Under the pieces are notes generated by a model. That model was not told the origin of the DNA, did no database searches, and worked only from the letters and a program-made list of their open reading frames with translations. DNA of 55,389 bases from a virus (taxonomy: Duplodnaviria > Caudoviricetes): positions 1 through 55,389 of IMG/VR virus record IMGVR_UViG_3300046811_000055. One strand, written 5' to 3'. Both the position numbers and the translations under genes were made by a program. Positions 1 through 9,373 of the stretch are shown piece by piece (position 1 is the stretch's first letter; every line of letters starts with the position of its first letter).

Positions 1-42
1 GGAAACGGTGACGGGGGCATCCTGGTCCCGGTAATCTACGCT

Positions 43-132
43 AAACGGACATCCCCCCCATTCCGGACAGACATAGAGGTCAAACCGGACATTGGGTACA
101 TACTAACCGGACATGGTAGTCATAACGGACAT
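43..132. repeat. Five phased (A/C)CGGACA repeats next to the genome end
   Basis: GGACA at 47, 65, 87, 109 and 127 (spacing 18-22 bp) in non-coding DNA. Confidence 0.75.
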
Positions 133-138
133 ATGTAC

Positions 139-498
139 TCACCATTCACGGCTTACGCCCTCTACATCCCATGTGTCCGATTCGATCATTGACCGACCGA
201 CTCGACCATGCGTACGCACGGTCGCACCATCACGGGCGTTGCACCTCAGGTGCTCAGGCCTCAGCTCTGCGTCTGTGTAGCGCTTGCCATCAGTACGCCA
301 AGCAACAGGCAACTCAGGTGGGTGACCACAGGTGATGCGCATCGGATGGTGTGGCACGTCCCACGTATCAGGGGAGAACTGTCCACCGCATCTACCGCAT
401 GGTTCGCCCTGCTTGCCACGCATACGCACACGCTCTGCCTGTGCCCTGTTCACGCTGCCATTGCGGTAGCGGTTGTACTGCTGGCCTCTACCTGCCAT
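139..498 (-). CDS. HNH endonuclease (packaging-associated type)
   Basis: CGRCG ... CGH ... PEHLRCN pattern; last gene before the genome end. Confidence 0.7.
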   Translation of the reverse strand: MAGRGQQYNRYRNGSVNRAQAERVRMRGKQGEPCGRCGGQFSPDTWDVPHHPMRITCGHPPELPVAWRTDGKRYTDAELRPEHLRCNARDGATVRTHGRVGRSMIESDTWDVEGVSREW

Positions 499-502
499 GG
501 CC

Positions 503-1021
503 CTACCCCCGTACCCCGTACCCCTGGCCCCGTATGCCCCTACGCCCACCCCGTAGGTCCTCCCAGGTGGTGGCCCCGGTGCCTGCGTACCAGGCCCCAT
601 TCACCTCCGTAGATTCCCCGCCTTGGGGGATGTCCATATCCGAAGGGGTGGGGTCCTTCCGCATGCCCCCCTCATAACGGGCCTTATGCCAAGCAAGATT
701 GGCACGCAACTCGTAAGCGTCCCGATCGGCAAGAACGCGCTGATCGAAGGTGTAGTACTCCCGTCCGTCGACGGTGATGGTCGGCTCACGCTTGCCCGTG
801 TCGATTCCCGGCGGGATGTAGCCACCGCTGCTCACCTGCTCGCGCCGGCCGCAGTCATACCTGACGTGGTGGTCAGCGGCCCAGAACGCGTTGTGCCACT
901 CGGTCAGGCTTTCTTTCCAGATCGAGCCGTCTGCGCACTCGTGACGAGCAATCCAGTTCCGCTCCATCCACGGGTGCATCGGTGCCGCGAAGTACCGCTT
1001 GGTTACCAGCGCCTTGCTCAT
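503..1021 (-). CDS. Hypothetical protein
   Basis: ORF from MSKALV; start overlaps upstream stop (ATGA). Confidence 0.6.
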   Translation of the reverse strand: MSKALVTKRYFAAPMHPWMERNWIARHECADGSIWKESLTEWHNAFWAADHHVRYDCGRREQVSSGGYIPPGIDTGKREPTITVDGREYYTFDQRVLADRDAYELRANLAWHKARYEGGMRKDPTPSDMDIPQGGESTEVNGAWYAGTGATTWEDLRGGRRGIRGQGYGVRG

Positions 1022-1209
1022 CGCCCTAGCCCTTCCGTGATCACTACGTCCAGATACTCGCTGGCCTTGTCCTCGGTCATCGTCTTGGACAACTCGACGT
1101 CGGTCATCCCATCGGTCAGGCGGCATTCGCTGGTTTCGTGCCCGAACGGCCCACCACGCAGGTCGCCACAGTTCGAGCAGTGCGGGTTGCGCCTGCCGTA
1201 GCTCGTCAT
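1018..1209 (-). CDS. Small hypothetical protein with CxxC/H/C
   Basis: MTSYGRRNPHCSNC...; ATGA coupling. Confidence 0.55.
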   Translation of the reverse strand: MTSYGRRNPHCSNCGDLRGGPFGHETSECRLTDGMTDVELSKTMTEDKASEYLDVVITEGLGR

Positions 1210-1652
1210 CGCCCGTCCAGCCTTTCGGTCCATGACGCTTCGGTTGCGTGCCTGACCCACATCGTGTGCAGGGATCGGATCTCGGTGCGGGTGACGCCGT
1301 TCCACAGGAACCACATATCGAGCATCGTCTGGGCTGCCTCAGCGGTCCCGCTGTAGCTCGCCGCGGTGTAGCCACAGGCCACCTGAACCCAGGCGTTGCG
1401 CCGTACGGGGTCGCCGGCCACGTCCCGGTTGCTGCACCGCTCGATCATCCATGCGTACCGCGCGTGCTCCGGGGCGATTTCCATACCCGGGGGATTGGTC
1501 GAATGGATGGCCGCCACGAACGCGTCCACCGAGTGGTCGGTGATGCCCTCGTGCCCCTGCCACTCCGGGATCACCGGGATGCCGTCGGTGGTGTCGCCCT
1601 TCCACCGCAACCCGCCGCGTCTCTCGGGGTTGTCCTCGTGATGCTTGCCCAT
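1206..1652 (-). CDS. Hypothetical protein
   Basis: 148-aa ORF preceded by GAAAGG RBS. Confidence 0.65.
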   Translation of the reverse strand: MGKHHEDNPERRGGLRWKGDTTDGIPVIPEWQGHEGITDHSVDAFVAAIHSTNPPGMEIAPEHARYAWMIERCSNRDVAGDPVRRNAWVQVACGYTAASYSGTAEAAQTMLDMWFLWNGVTRTEIRSLHTMWVRHATEASWTERLDGR

Positions 1653-1672
1653 GGCTACCTTTCCGAAAGATT

Positions 1673-1824
1673 GAGGGGTGGACAGGTGGACAGATGTCCA
1701 CCCCTCACTAGAGTTGCCTCGGGTGCAGGAAAGTCATTTTTTGTTGTTGTACTGGGGTTTTCTACAGAGCGTCGTTGAGATATTTTCCGGGAGGGGTGGA
1801 CAAACGTCCACCTGTCCACCCCTC
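1673..1824. other. Candidate replication origin
   Basis: Two 34-bp GTGGAC-rich units in inverted orientation (1673-1706, 1791-1824) flank a T-rich core directly downstream of the P-loop replication gene. Confidence 0.55.
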
Positions 1825-3199
1825 ATACCAACCGATATCGGATTCGTTCCCTGCCGTGGTATTCATCCTTTTCTTGGAGCACCTCACCCGCACGAATCAG
1901 GGCCGTGATCGCGGGCTCCCAGTGGTCCCGCTCGGTCGACCGCAACGAGCCCCGCAGATGGCCGTGCACCATCGGCCCAGAGGCCAACTTGCCCCGGATC
2001 CGGCTGCTCAGTTTCTTCACGGCCACCTCGTCCACGTGCTCGGTGACGATCACGGTGCGCTCGGCCTCTTGCAGGGCCTTGCCCACGTTCTCCTTCTGCG
2101 ACTCCGCACGGAGCGCCTGGGCGCACATGGCACGTGTGCGGTCGCTCACCGTCATGATTACGCCCGAAAGTGCCCAGTCGTCATCGGTGACCTCTGTTCG
2201 GCCGTCAAGGATCGCCAATCCGGCGGCCACCTTCTCCCTGGTCAGCATCGAATGGCTGTCCACGGGCGGGGCCTCACCCCGGGCGCCCATCCGGCGACCG
2301 GCCTTGATCGACTCCTTGACGTAGGCCGGTAGGGGCACCGTGATCGGGCTGAACGGGCCTGTGAACGATTTGAACTCCGGCTTGGTCCACCGCCATGCGG
2401 GAGGCTCGTCCGGCTCGCTCTCGGGCGTCTCAGGGTCGACGGTGGGCATGTAGATGAACCGTTGCGGTGTGCCACCGGCCCGATCGTTGAGCAGGACGCC
2501 GGATCGGGTGGGCTGCATGCCGGCCACCAGGCAGAGCCGGTACTTGTGGGCTCCGACGATGCGCGTCGTCTCGTTGTTGGCGTTGCTGAATCCGAGCGTC
2601 TGGCCCATGGCGCCCTGACGGAGCATCGGCAGGATCGTGCTGCCCTGCCGGCCACTGATGGCCCCGAGTGTGTCCACCTCGCCGATGAACACCAGGGCGG
2701 AGGTCTCGTACTGGCACATTTCCTTGGCCTTGGCGTCCCAGCGCACGAACAGTGCCGACAGACCCTCGCCCGTGCCTAGCGGTTTGTCGTCGCGATCCTC
2801 GCCGTAGTCGAGGGCATCGCCGGCCGCCGCATTCGCCGCATCCTTGCCCGATCCCGACGGTCCTGATAGCGCCACGAAGAGGTTGAGAGAAGCTCTGCCG
2901 CCTGTAAGCGGAGGGAGTTGGACCTGTGGCGACACCGTGACGAGCACTCGTGCCAGAACGCAACCGAGCAGCGCCCACGGCGCAACGATGCGGGCGCGAG
3001 CGAAGGTATGGACGTGTTCGAGGACGGGCCTTGATTTCCAGAACGTCTCTTCGGTGATGCCGTGATCTCTCTCCTCCTCACTGACCGACGAGTGCCATTC
3101 CGGCGACTCGAAATCATCGGACCCGAATTCGTCATCTGGCTCGTCAACGCAGACCTCGCCGTTTTCCCCGACTGCGCCCTGCCAGAGATCGGCATTCAC
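1823..3199 (-). CDS. P-loop replication protein / helicase (DUF3987-like)
   Basis: Walker A GPSGSGKD, GTGEGL, Walker B-like VFIGEVD, AGMQP and QRF motifs; C-terminal wHTH-like tail. Confidence 0.7.
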   Translation of the reverse strand: MNADLWQGAVGENGEVCVDEPDDEFGSDDFESPEWHSSVSEEERDHGITEETFWKSRPVLEHVHTFARARIVAPWALLGCVLARVLVTVSPQVQLPPLTGGRASLNLFVALSGPSGSGKDAANAAAGDALDYGEDRDDKPLGTGEGLSALFVRWDAKAKEMCQYETSALVFIGEVDTLGAISGRQGSTILPMLRQGAMGQTLGFSNANNETTRIVGAHKYRLCLVAGMQPTRSGVLLNDRAGGTPQRFIYMPTVDPETPESEPDEPPAWRWTKPEFKSFTGPFSPITVPLPAYVKESIKAGRRMGARGEAPPVDSHSMLTREKVAAGLAILDGRTEVTDDDWALSGVIMTVSDRTRAMCAQALRAESQKENVGKALQEAERTVIVTEHVDEVAVKKLSSRIRGKLASGPMVHGHLRGSLRSTERDHWEPAITALIRAGEVLQEKDEYHGRERIRYRLV

Positions 3200-3405
3200 G
3201 CGCCCTTCTTGCCGAATACCAGCCCGAGAATTCCACGCGCCGCCCACGGCTGAACCGTCGGCAATAGGGATTCGAGATCAGCGTCGGGCGGTATGCATAT
3301 CCACCCCCGCTCGATCAGGTAGGCAGCCCGCCGATGCTGAGCGGCCAGTTGAGCCGCTCGCGTGGCCTTCTGCTGGCCCGTGAGTTCCGCAACGTTCGTT
3401 TCCAT
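3196..3405 (-). CDS. Hypothetical protein
   Basis: 69-aa ORF with GGAGG RBS, coupled to the next gene. Confidence 0.55.
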   Translation of the reverse strand: METNVAELTGQQKATRAAQLAAQHRRAAYLIERGWICIPPDADLESLLPTVQPWAARGILGLVFGKKGA

Positions 3406-3466
3406 GACGCCTCCAAAGTCGCAGGTCAGTCACGATATCACGGATTCCGTAACTCCTGACCGAAGC

Positions 3467-3503
3467 AAAACGACCCCGGACGCCGCGAGGGCATCCGGGG
3501 TCG
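3467..3503 (-). terminator. Intrinsic terminator
   Basis: CGACCCCGGA...TCCGGGGTCG hairpin followed by TTTT on the minus strand. Confidence 0.7.
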
Positions 3504-3516
3504 GTCGAACGAGGTC

Positions 3517-3648
3517 CTACAGGAAGTGCATCAGCGCGAACCCCGCACCGAAGAAAACGGGCAGTGCCAGGAATGCGAGCGCAATAACGATGCTGTGCCC
3601 GCACTTGGTGCCACTACCGATAGTGCCATTCCATCCGTCGTCGCCCAT
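3517..3648 (-). CDS. Small membrane protein (43 aa)
   Basis: MGDDGWNG...SIVIALAFLALPVFFGAGFALMHFL; TAATG coupling. Confidence 0.5.
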   Translation of the reverse strand: MGDDGWNGTIGSGTKCGHSIVIALAFLALPVFFGAGFALMHFL

Positions 3649-4004
3649 TACCAAGCCTCCACTGGTCCGCCGAAATACTCCGGTCCCGCATTGGTGAATT
3701 CATCCACCGCCCGCTGCATTTCCGTGCGTCCCGGTCGCACGGCCTGCCTTACCGCCCTTTCGGCAACGGGCTTCCAGTCGTCTTCCATCTCTCGTTCCAG
3801 CTCGGCGCGACCACGCTTGAGGCCTGATTGCAGCCCTGCGTTATAGGCCTCAAGTGTGATCGCCTTGAGCGCGTCCCGGATGGCCGCCGTGTCCGCCTGA
3901 GCGATCGCTCCCGCCCGACTGGAGTCCGGCAGGTGCGCGTACGCCTTCTGGATCAGCGCCACCGCGATCATCTCGGCCGCCTCATCGATCACCGATCCCG
4001 CCAC
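3648..4004 (-). CDS. Hypothetical protein
   Basis: 118-aa helical ORF within operon. Confidence 0.6.
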   Translation of the reverse strand: MAGSVIDEAAEMIAVALIQKAYAHLPDSSRAGAIAQADTAAIRDALKAITLEAYNAGLQSGLKRGRAELEREMEDDWKPVAERAVRQAVRPGRTEMQRAVDEFTNAGPEYFGGPVEAW

Positions 4005-4231
4005 GTACTGCCCATCGTCCGCACCGAGGCAGGCCCGCGCAGCCTAGGCCTGACCAGTGGTCGCGCCTCCAGCCTCGCCGGCTCGAACTCCGGCGGCCGG
4101 TCGAACAGGCAGTCCCCGTAGTGTCCGTAGATCCGGTGGCAGATCTGCCCGTTCTCGTGCTGCACGTGGGTCGATTCGCCGTCCTCGACCCCGTCCCGCC
4201 GATGCTGCATGCATTCCGGGAACTCGCTCAC
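3989..4231 (-). CDS. Hypothetical protein
   Basis: 80-aa ORF, GTGA coupling. Confidence 0.5.
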   Translation of the reverse strand: MSEFPECMQHRRDGVEDGESTHVQHENGQICHRIYGHYGDCLFDRPPEFEPARLEARPLVRPRLRGPASVRTMGSTWRDR

Positions 4232-4428
4232 TCCGACGTCCTTTCCATGAGAACCCGCGGGTTGATCGAGTCCGACGTATCCGTGGTGACCTTGACCCCG
4301 GTCGGTGGGGCCAGCGCCCCGGCCACGCCCTTGAGTTGCGCCTCTGCCATCCGGGCGACCGCCGAGTCCGTGGTCTCGATCTCCAGCACGATCCGGTACC
4401 GGCGCCGGTACACGTTTGCCATCCCCAT
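4228..4428 (-). CDS. Hypothetical protein
   Basis: MGMANVYRRRY... fills the gap in the operon. Confidence 0.5.
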   Translation of the reverse strand: MGMANVYRRRYRIVLEIETTDSAVARMAEAQLKGVAGALAPPTGVKVTTDTSDSINPRVLMERTSE

Positions 4429-4429
4429 C

Positions 4430-4885
4430 TCAGCCAGCCTCCTGTCGAGCTCGAACGGCATCCCGCTCACGGCGCGCCTTGCGGTTGGCGGCATCCGCGC
4501 ACTTCTGAGCGTGGTACTTCCGGCTCCGACGCTCGCCACCGCCGACCGTGAATTCCTCCGTGCAGTCGAGCCCCGCACAGACGCGGGTTTCGATCGATCC
4601 CTGATTGAGATGCTCACCGCCCGACCGCGCCCGCCGATGCCAGGCCCACACGGTCTTGGGGCCGCTCTTGTCACCCCACACTCGCCCGGCGTACAACCCT
4701 GCCTCGCACCTCTTGCCTGCGAACTTCTCCTCCGCCTGCTCGAAGCACTGGCGCTTCACCGGGCACGCATGGCAGATCACCAGGGCCTTGACGTGCTGCT
4801 CAAGGCTCGCGTCGATCGCCCACAGTCCCGGGTCGACCCCGGTCCCCCATCGGCACGCCTTCCGGTACTCCCACTCGCCTCTCAT
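4430..4885 (-). CDS. whiB: WhiB-family transcription factor with C-terminal Zn-finger-like extension
   Basis: AC...DP..W...ICHACPVKRQC...AGRVW WhiB cysteine pattern; then CAGLDC...HAQKC. Confidence 0.75.
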   Translation of the reverse strand: MRGEWEYRKACRWGTGVDPGLWAIDASLEQHVKALVICHACPVKRQCFEQAEEKFAGKRCEAGLYAGRVWGDKSGPKTVWAWHRRARSGGEHLNQGSIETRVCAGLDCTEEFTVGGGERRSRKYHAQKCADAANRKARRERDAVRARQEAG

Positions 4886-5875
4886 CGCTCGCCCTCCGTC
4901 CGCTCCAGCAGGCACCGGATAGCGGCTTCCGCCTGCTGCGGAACCACCCCGTTACCCAGCATCTTCAGTTGCTCGTTCGTGCTGATTCCGGGTACGTCCG
5001 TGACCCACCCGTCCGGCAGGCCGTTCATCCATTCGACAAACCGCGGCGCGGGCTTCGGCTGACCGTTCACTCCTGGAACGGTCCGGAACGGAGCGGATCG
5101 GCCTATGACCGATTCCCATCGGTCGATTGCCGGTCCGTAAATTCCCCATCCAGCGAGGTCAGCACCGTCCGTAGGTCCGGACCTCCCGTCCCGTGCCTTC
5201 CCGCTCCGTTCGTGTCTGACGTTCTCGGCGATGGCAGTAGTGCCAGTACTTGAGCCAGCGACGGCCTGTATCCCTCGCCGCTCCACGCCGCCCGCGTGGC
5301 TTGAGGCGTTGGCAGTAGGCCACGCGAGCACGAATACACGGAACCGTCCGTGGGCGGCTCCCACCCCGGACGCCGGTAGACCGATCCACTCCGCATCGAA
5401 CCCGAGGTCGGCCAAGTCCCCAAGAACGGCGCCGAGTGCTCGCAGAACAACTCGCTTTGACTCGTCACCCAGACACCCCGTGCACCATCCCAGCTGATGA
5501 GCGGGATGGCTTGCCTCCGTGCTGAGTAGTCCGCGGACATTCTCGATCACCACCAGTTCCGGCCGTAGGGCCTTGATCCCTCGCGCGAACTCCGACCACA
5601 ATCCCGAGCGCGTTCCTGGCTTCAGCCCGGGCCATCAGGCCGGCGGCCGATAGATCCGTGCACGGAAATCCGCCGCACATGATCTCCGGCCGCTCGACCG
5701 TGCTCCAGTCGACCTTGCTCACGTCCCCCAGGTTCGGAACGCCCGGCCACCGCGCTTCCAGCACCGTGCACGCCGCAGGCTCGATCTCGCTGTGCCATGC
5801 CGCCTTGGCCCCGAACACGGCCTCCACCGCCCGATCGAGACCGCCGTAGCCCGAGAAGAGCGACCCGTACCTCAC
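4882..5875 (-). pseudogene. C5 cytosine DNA methyltransferase interrupted by a 1-nt frameshift near 5630
   Basis: SLFSGYGG and GFPC motifs in one frame; ENV, RxR and LGNGVVP in another; deleting one C in GCCCGGG restores a continuous ORF. Confidence 0.8.
5103..5540 (-). CDS. Alternative-frame ORF nested in the methyltransferase (possible second subunit)
   Basis: 145-aa open frame with TWPTSGSMRSG and LLPTP/LLPSP repeats. Confidence 0.5.
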   Translation of the reverse strand: MSADYSARRQAIPLISWDGARGVWVTSQSELFCEHSAPFLGTWPTSGSMRSGSVYRRPGWEPPTDGSVYSCSRGLLPTPQATRAAWSGEGYRPSLAQVLALLPSPRTSDTNGAGRHGTGGPDLRTVLTSLDGEFTDRQSTDGNRS

Positions 5876-6609
5876 GCCGGCTCGCTCGCACCGTTCGTGC
5901 GCGCGTCCTTCTCCCGCTCCAACCCGTCGATCACCACGTTCGCCGTAGCGGGCGTCAGTTCCTTGAATGACGTCACGGCGTGCTGCCCGCCCGCGGTCAG
6001 GATCCGGTTGACCCACTGCCCGCGGTCGATGTCGGACACCCCGAGTTCCTTGAGCAACGCGAATATCTGCCCCTGCTGCGGGCGCGTCATGGTCTCAGGC
6101 TCGCCCGGTAGCGGCATCCCGGCCACCGCATCCGGATCAGCCGGTGCCGTCTTGGCCGCGGGCTTCCGCCGCACGGTCGCTCCGACCGGCTTGCCCTCCG
6201 CATCCTCTTCCTTGTCCGGCGTCAGCCCGACCACCGCGCACAGCGCATACCGCCGTGCGTACGTGATCGCCGCCCCCAGTGCCTGAGGCTTGTTGTCCCC
6301 GAAGATCGGATACGTGCCCGTGCGCTGCTGCGGGCTCTCGGAGGTGTGCGAGATGTGCGTCAGTTCGTACCGCAGTACGGGCTTGCTGTCGTCAATGTCC
6401 GGCTGGCACGACCACATGAACCCGAACTTGGCCAGCACCGGGTACACCGCGTCGGTCACCGTCTTGAGGTTCGCGTAGTGCATGATCCCGCGATTACCGG
6501 CATCCGCCTCGCTCGTCTTCTTGACCTCGGGCAACTCCTGCTGCATGGCGAAGAACGCAGCGACGAACGAGGGGTACGCCGCAGCCTGATGTTGCGTGTT
6601 CTCGCTCAT
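5872..6609 (-). CDS. ERF-family single-strand annealing protein
   Basis: QALGAAITYARRYALCAVVGL..DEDA signature. Confidence 0.9.
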   Translation of the reverse strand: MSENTQHQAAAYPSFVAAFFAMQQELPEVKKTSEADAGNRGIMHYANLKTVTDAVYPVLAKFGFMWSCQPDIDDSKPVLRYELTHISHTSESPQQRTGTYPIFGDNKPQALGAAITYARRYALCAVVGLTPDKEEDAEGKPVGATVRRKPAAKTAPADPDAVAGMPLPGEPETMTRPQQGQIFALLKELGVSDIDRGQWVNRILTAGGQHAVTSFKELTPATANVVIDGLEREKDARTNGASEPA

Positions 6610-6809
6610 CAGAGGCTCGATCCGCAGGTCAGATTGATGACGTATTTCACCGAGTCGACCGCCTCGCCGTACACCTCATATGAGGTTTGAGCGATCTCCA
6701 GTTCGTTCTTCAGGGCGTCGCGCCGCTCGCGCGCGCTTTCGAACTGTTCCACCAGGTAGACCAGGCGATCGCTCGCCGCCTGTGGGATCTCCTGCATCGC
6801 ATCAGCCAT
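6609..6809 (-). CDS. Hypothetical coiled-coil protein
   Basis: 66-aa ORF, coupled to neighbours. Confidence 0.55.
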   Translation of the reverse strand: MADAMQEIPQAASDRLVYLVEQFESARERRDALKNELEIAQTSYEVYGEAVDSVKYVINLTCGSSL

Positions 6810-7029
6810 TCGGCACGCTCCGATTCATTCGCTCGAGCTGGGCAACCGCCCCCGGGGCAACTGCGTTGAGGATGAAGTCGATCGCCGCGAGAGCCTCGCT
6901 CGTCAGTTCGTACTCGTACTGCGCTCGGTCTAGTTCGGCCTGAGCCCTGTCGCGTCGGTCCCTGGCTTCCTCGAATTTCACCCTGAACCGTTCGCGCCGT
7001 CGTGCAACGCCATCGGGAAACGGATCCAT
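6802..7029 (-). CDS. Hypothetical coiled-coil protein
   Basis: 75-aa ORF, coupled to neighbours. Confidence 0.55.
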   Translation of the reverse strand: MDPFPDGVARRRERFRVKFEEARDRRDRAQAELDRAQYEYELTSEALAAIDFILNAVAPGAVAQLERMNRSVPNG

Positions 7030-7838
7030 CAGAACTCCATCCGGATCGGGGGCTCTAGCGGTTCGCCCACCGCGCCCTTGTTGGCCTCGATCTCTTCGGC
7101 CGCCTGCTTGAGATACAGGAAGCCCCGGTGCGCCTTCTCGCCCGCCTCAACGGGTTTCAGGTGATAGCCACCGTCCCAGACGTGCAGCACGCCGCACCGG
7201 TCGAACTGCGGCATCTCGTGCTCGATCGGGTCGCCCTCGTCGGGGTACTCGATCCACACGTCCGCATACCGGTACGGCGCGAGTTGGAACGCCACCTCGT
7301 CGTAGACACCCGACCCCGTCTTGACGTCGATCAGCCAGTTCTCGCGGACCCACGATTCATAGGTCGCCCCGCCGAGACCGGTGTTCACGAGCAAGCTCGC
7401 GCCCATATCGAGCGTCCCGCAGTAGCCGTGCACCTTGCTCCACACCACGGCCTCGGACATGAACACCGTGACGTCGAAGTCGTAGAGGAACTGGGTATAC
7501 GCCTCGACGTAGCCCACGAGCTCGGCCGGCACCTGCACCGTCTCGCCGGCCGCCACTGCGGCGCCGAGTACGTGGACCTTGGTCCCCTTGATCTTGGCCG
7601 CCTCATTCCGCCGACGATGCGCGTACGCCACCGCCTTGTAGCGCTCCGACGGTTTCATGGCCACGAGCTCGTCCCAGTAGTCGAGGACATAGTCACCACC
7701 CTGTCGCCCGGCCCACGGCGTGAGCACGCGCTGCAACGGAATTGCCTTGTCCAGAATCCCGGTCACGCCCGGTACCCGCTGGCCCGACTCGTTCTCGTAC
7801 CAGTGGTAGCGCCCCTTGTCGACGCGCCGAATCGTCAC
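7029..7838 (-). CDS. PD-(D/E)XK exonuclease (recombination partner of ERF)
   Basis: PGVTGIL, GTKVH, YCGTLD, IDVKTG and QLAPY motifs. Confidence 0.85.
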   Translation of the reverse strand: MTIRRVDKGRYHWYENESGQRVPGVTGILDKAIPLQRVLTPWAGRQGGDYVLDYWDELVAMKPSERYKAVAYAHRRRNEAAKIKGTKVHVLGAAVAAGETVQVPAELVGYVEAYTQFLYDFDVTVFMSEAVVWSKVHGYCGTLDMGASLLVNTGLGGATYESWVRENWLIDVKTGSGVYDEVAFQLAPYRYADVWIEYPDEGDPIEHEMPQFDRCGVLHVWDGGYHLKPVEAGEKAHRGFLYLKQAAEEIEANKGAVGEPLEPPIRMEF

Positions 7839-8023
7839 CGGAATGCCCCTCCGCCAGCGTCCGGCGAGATTTGGCCGACGTCGACTCCGAGCGCTTCCAG
7901 TGCACTCCGCACCCTGGCCTTGTTGGATTCAACCTCAGTTCGCGAAATGGCGAATTCGCTGCTTACGTCATCCTGCAATCCGAGGATGTACTCAATCGCC
8001 TCGTCCCTGGTCATCGCATCCAC
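7835..8023 (-). CDS. Hypothetical protein
   Basis: 62-aa ORF coupled to the exonuclease gene. Confidence 0.5.
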   Translation of the reverse strand: MDAMTRDEAIEYILGLQDDVSSEFAISRTEVESNKARVRSALEALGVDVGQISPDAGGGAFR

Positions 8024-8310
8024 CTCAGCCGCATGGTCATCGCTTGTTCGGATCGTTCGCGGCCTGCCGTTGCAGCAACGCGCTGTGCCGCCGCGCCGCC
8101 TCCGCCTGCTTGGCCAGGTGCGCCGCCCATTGCTGCGAGTTGTAGTTGCTGTTCGTCCCGGTCATTTGCTCTCCTCGTGCTTGACCTCGGTCATGGAGAC
8201 GGTTTCGGCCACGCGCCGGACGGACGGCAGGATGCCTCCGATTGCTCCGCGCACGATCCGCTCCCGCATCGGGTATTCGTCGTCCACCACCACCGTGAGC
8301 GTGATCGTCT

Positions 8311-8523
8311 TCATAGCGCTCCGCCCGCTTCGATCTCCATGCCCTCCAGCGGGTCAGCCGCAGCCCGCTGGTTGACCCGCGCCCGCTCGATCGCCTTGAT
8401 GTAGGCGGTCGTCACACGCGGGCTCACGTACGCCAGCAGAATCTTTTCCGTCTCGTACCGAGCTCGCGCCACGGTCGGAGCCTCGACGTCGTCCAGCGCG
8501 TCAAGGCACTCCCGGATCGTCAT
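8311..8523 (-). CDS. Hypothetical protein
   Basis: MTIRECLD... ORF in operon. Confidence 0.5.
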   Translation of the reverse strand: MTIRECLDALDDVEAPTVARARYETEKILLAYVSPRVTTAYIKAIERARVNQRAAADPLEGMEIEAGGAL

Positions 8524-8543
8524 CTCAGCACTCACCGGGGCCC

Positions 8544-9035
8544 TCAGTTCTTCTTGGCGTTCTTGAGTCGTTCCTGGTCGCCCTCGAATACCTGACGATC
8601 GGTCCGCGTTTCGTTGGCCTTGGCCCATCCAATTCGGAACTTGGACCAGTCCTTGTTGCTGATCGTGCTTTTTCCGGTCACCACACCCATCCCTTCCAGT
8701 GCGCGTTTGTCCGGCACGTCCTTGAGCGGATCGACCAGAGTCAGCCGCTTCTCGACGTCCCGCGCGGCCGAGTATGAACTGACCACGTCGCCGTCGAAGC
8801 CGGACGCCCTGACGGCGTTCACGCCGAAGTAGTCCTGCTCCCAATACGGCTCCCACGTGGTCGGGACGCCGGACCACCCGATGAAGAACCCATCGGCGTT
8901 GGTGTGCGTGGCCTCCCACTCGTCAAACCACCCGTCGCCGGGCGGATGAGCGCGGGTATCCGCCACTCGGCAGGCGACCTCGATCCCGGCCCGGACCTCT
9001 TTGCCCCCGGGTAGCCGCCCGTATGGGTCGGTCAC
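8544..9035 (-). CDS. Hypothetical protein
   Basis: 163-aa ORF, GTGA coupling. Confidence 0.6.
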   Translation of the reverse strand: MTDPYGRLPGGKEVRAGIEVACRVADTRAHPPGDGWFDEWEATHTNADGFFIGWSGVPTTWEPYWEQDYFGVNAVRASGFDGDVVSSYSAARDVEKRLTLVDPLKDVPDKRALEGMGVVTGKSTISNKDWSKFRIGWAKANETRTDRQVFEGDQERLKNAKKN

Positions 9036-9373
9036 GTGTCCAGCCCCGCCTTCTTGATCAGCCGCACGAACGTGTCCGGGCGCATGGCCACCACGCCGTC
9101 CACCGCCTGCCCCTTGCCGCGGACCTTGTAGAACACGACACCGAACTCCGACCCGTTGTTGGCAGCCTCAAGCTCTGCCTCCCGGATCCACGCAGGCACG
9201 GACAGCGTCGCCACGTTCTTGCACTCGATGACCACCTGCTCGGAGCCCCACGTCACATCGCCCTTGTCGGTCGCCCCCGCCAGCACCTTGCGTCGGACGC
9301 CAGGGATGAACGGAGCAAGCCAGTTGACGCACGCGGTCTCCCACCACGTCCCCTTGGCCTTGCTCCGGCTCAC
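9032..9373 (-). CDS. Holliday junction resolvase (Hjc-like, actinophage type)
   Basis: KAKGT.WE, DKGDV and VIECKN motifs. Confidence 0.8.
   Translation of the reverse strand: MSRSKAKGTWWETACVNWLAPFIPGVRRKVLAGATDKGDVTWGSEQVVIECKNVATLSVPAWIREAELEAANNGSEFGVVFYKVRGKGQAVDGVVAMRPDTFVRLIKKAGLDT

Noticed and set aside
500-556. TACCCC-type short repeats
   Set aside because: Low-complexity Gly/Arg/Tyr-coding tail of a gene; no further structure
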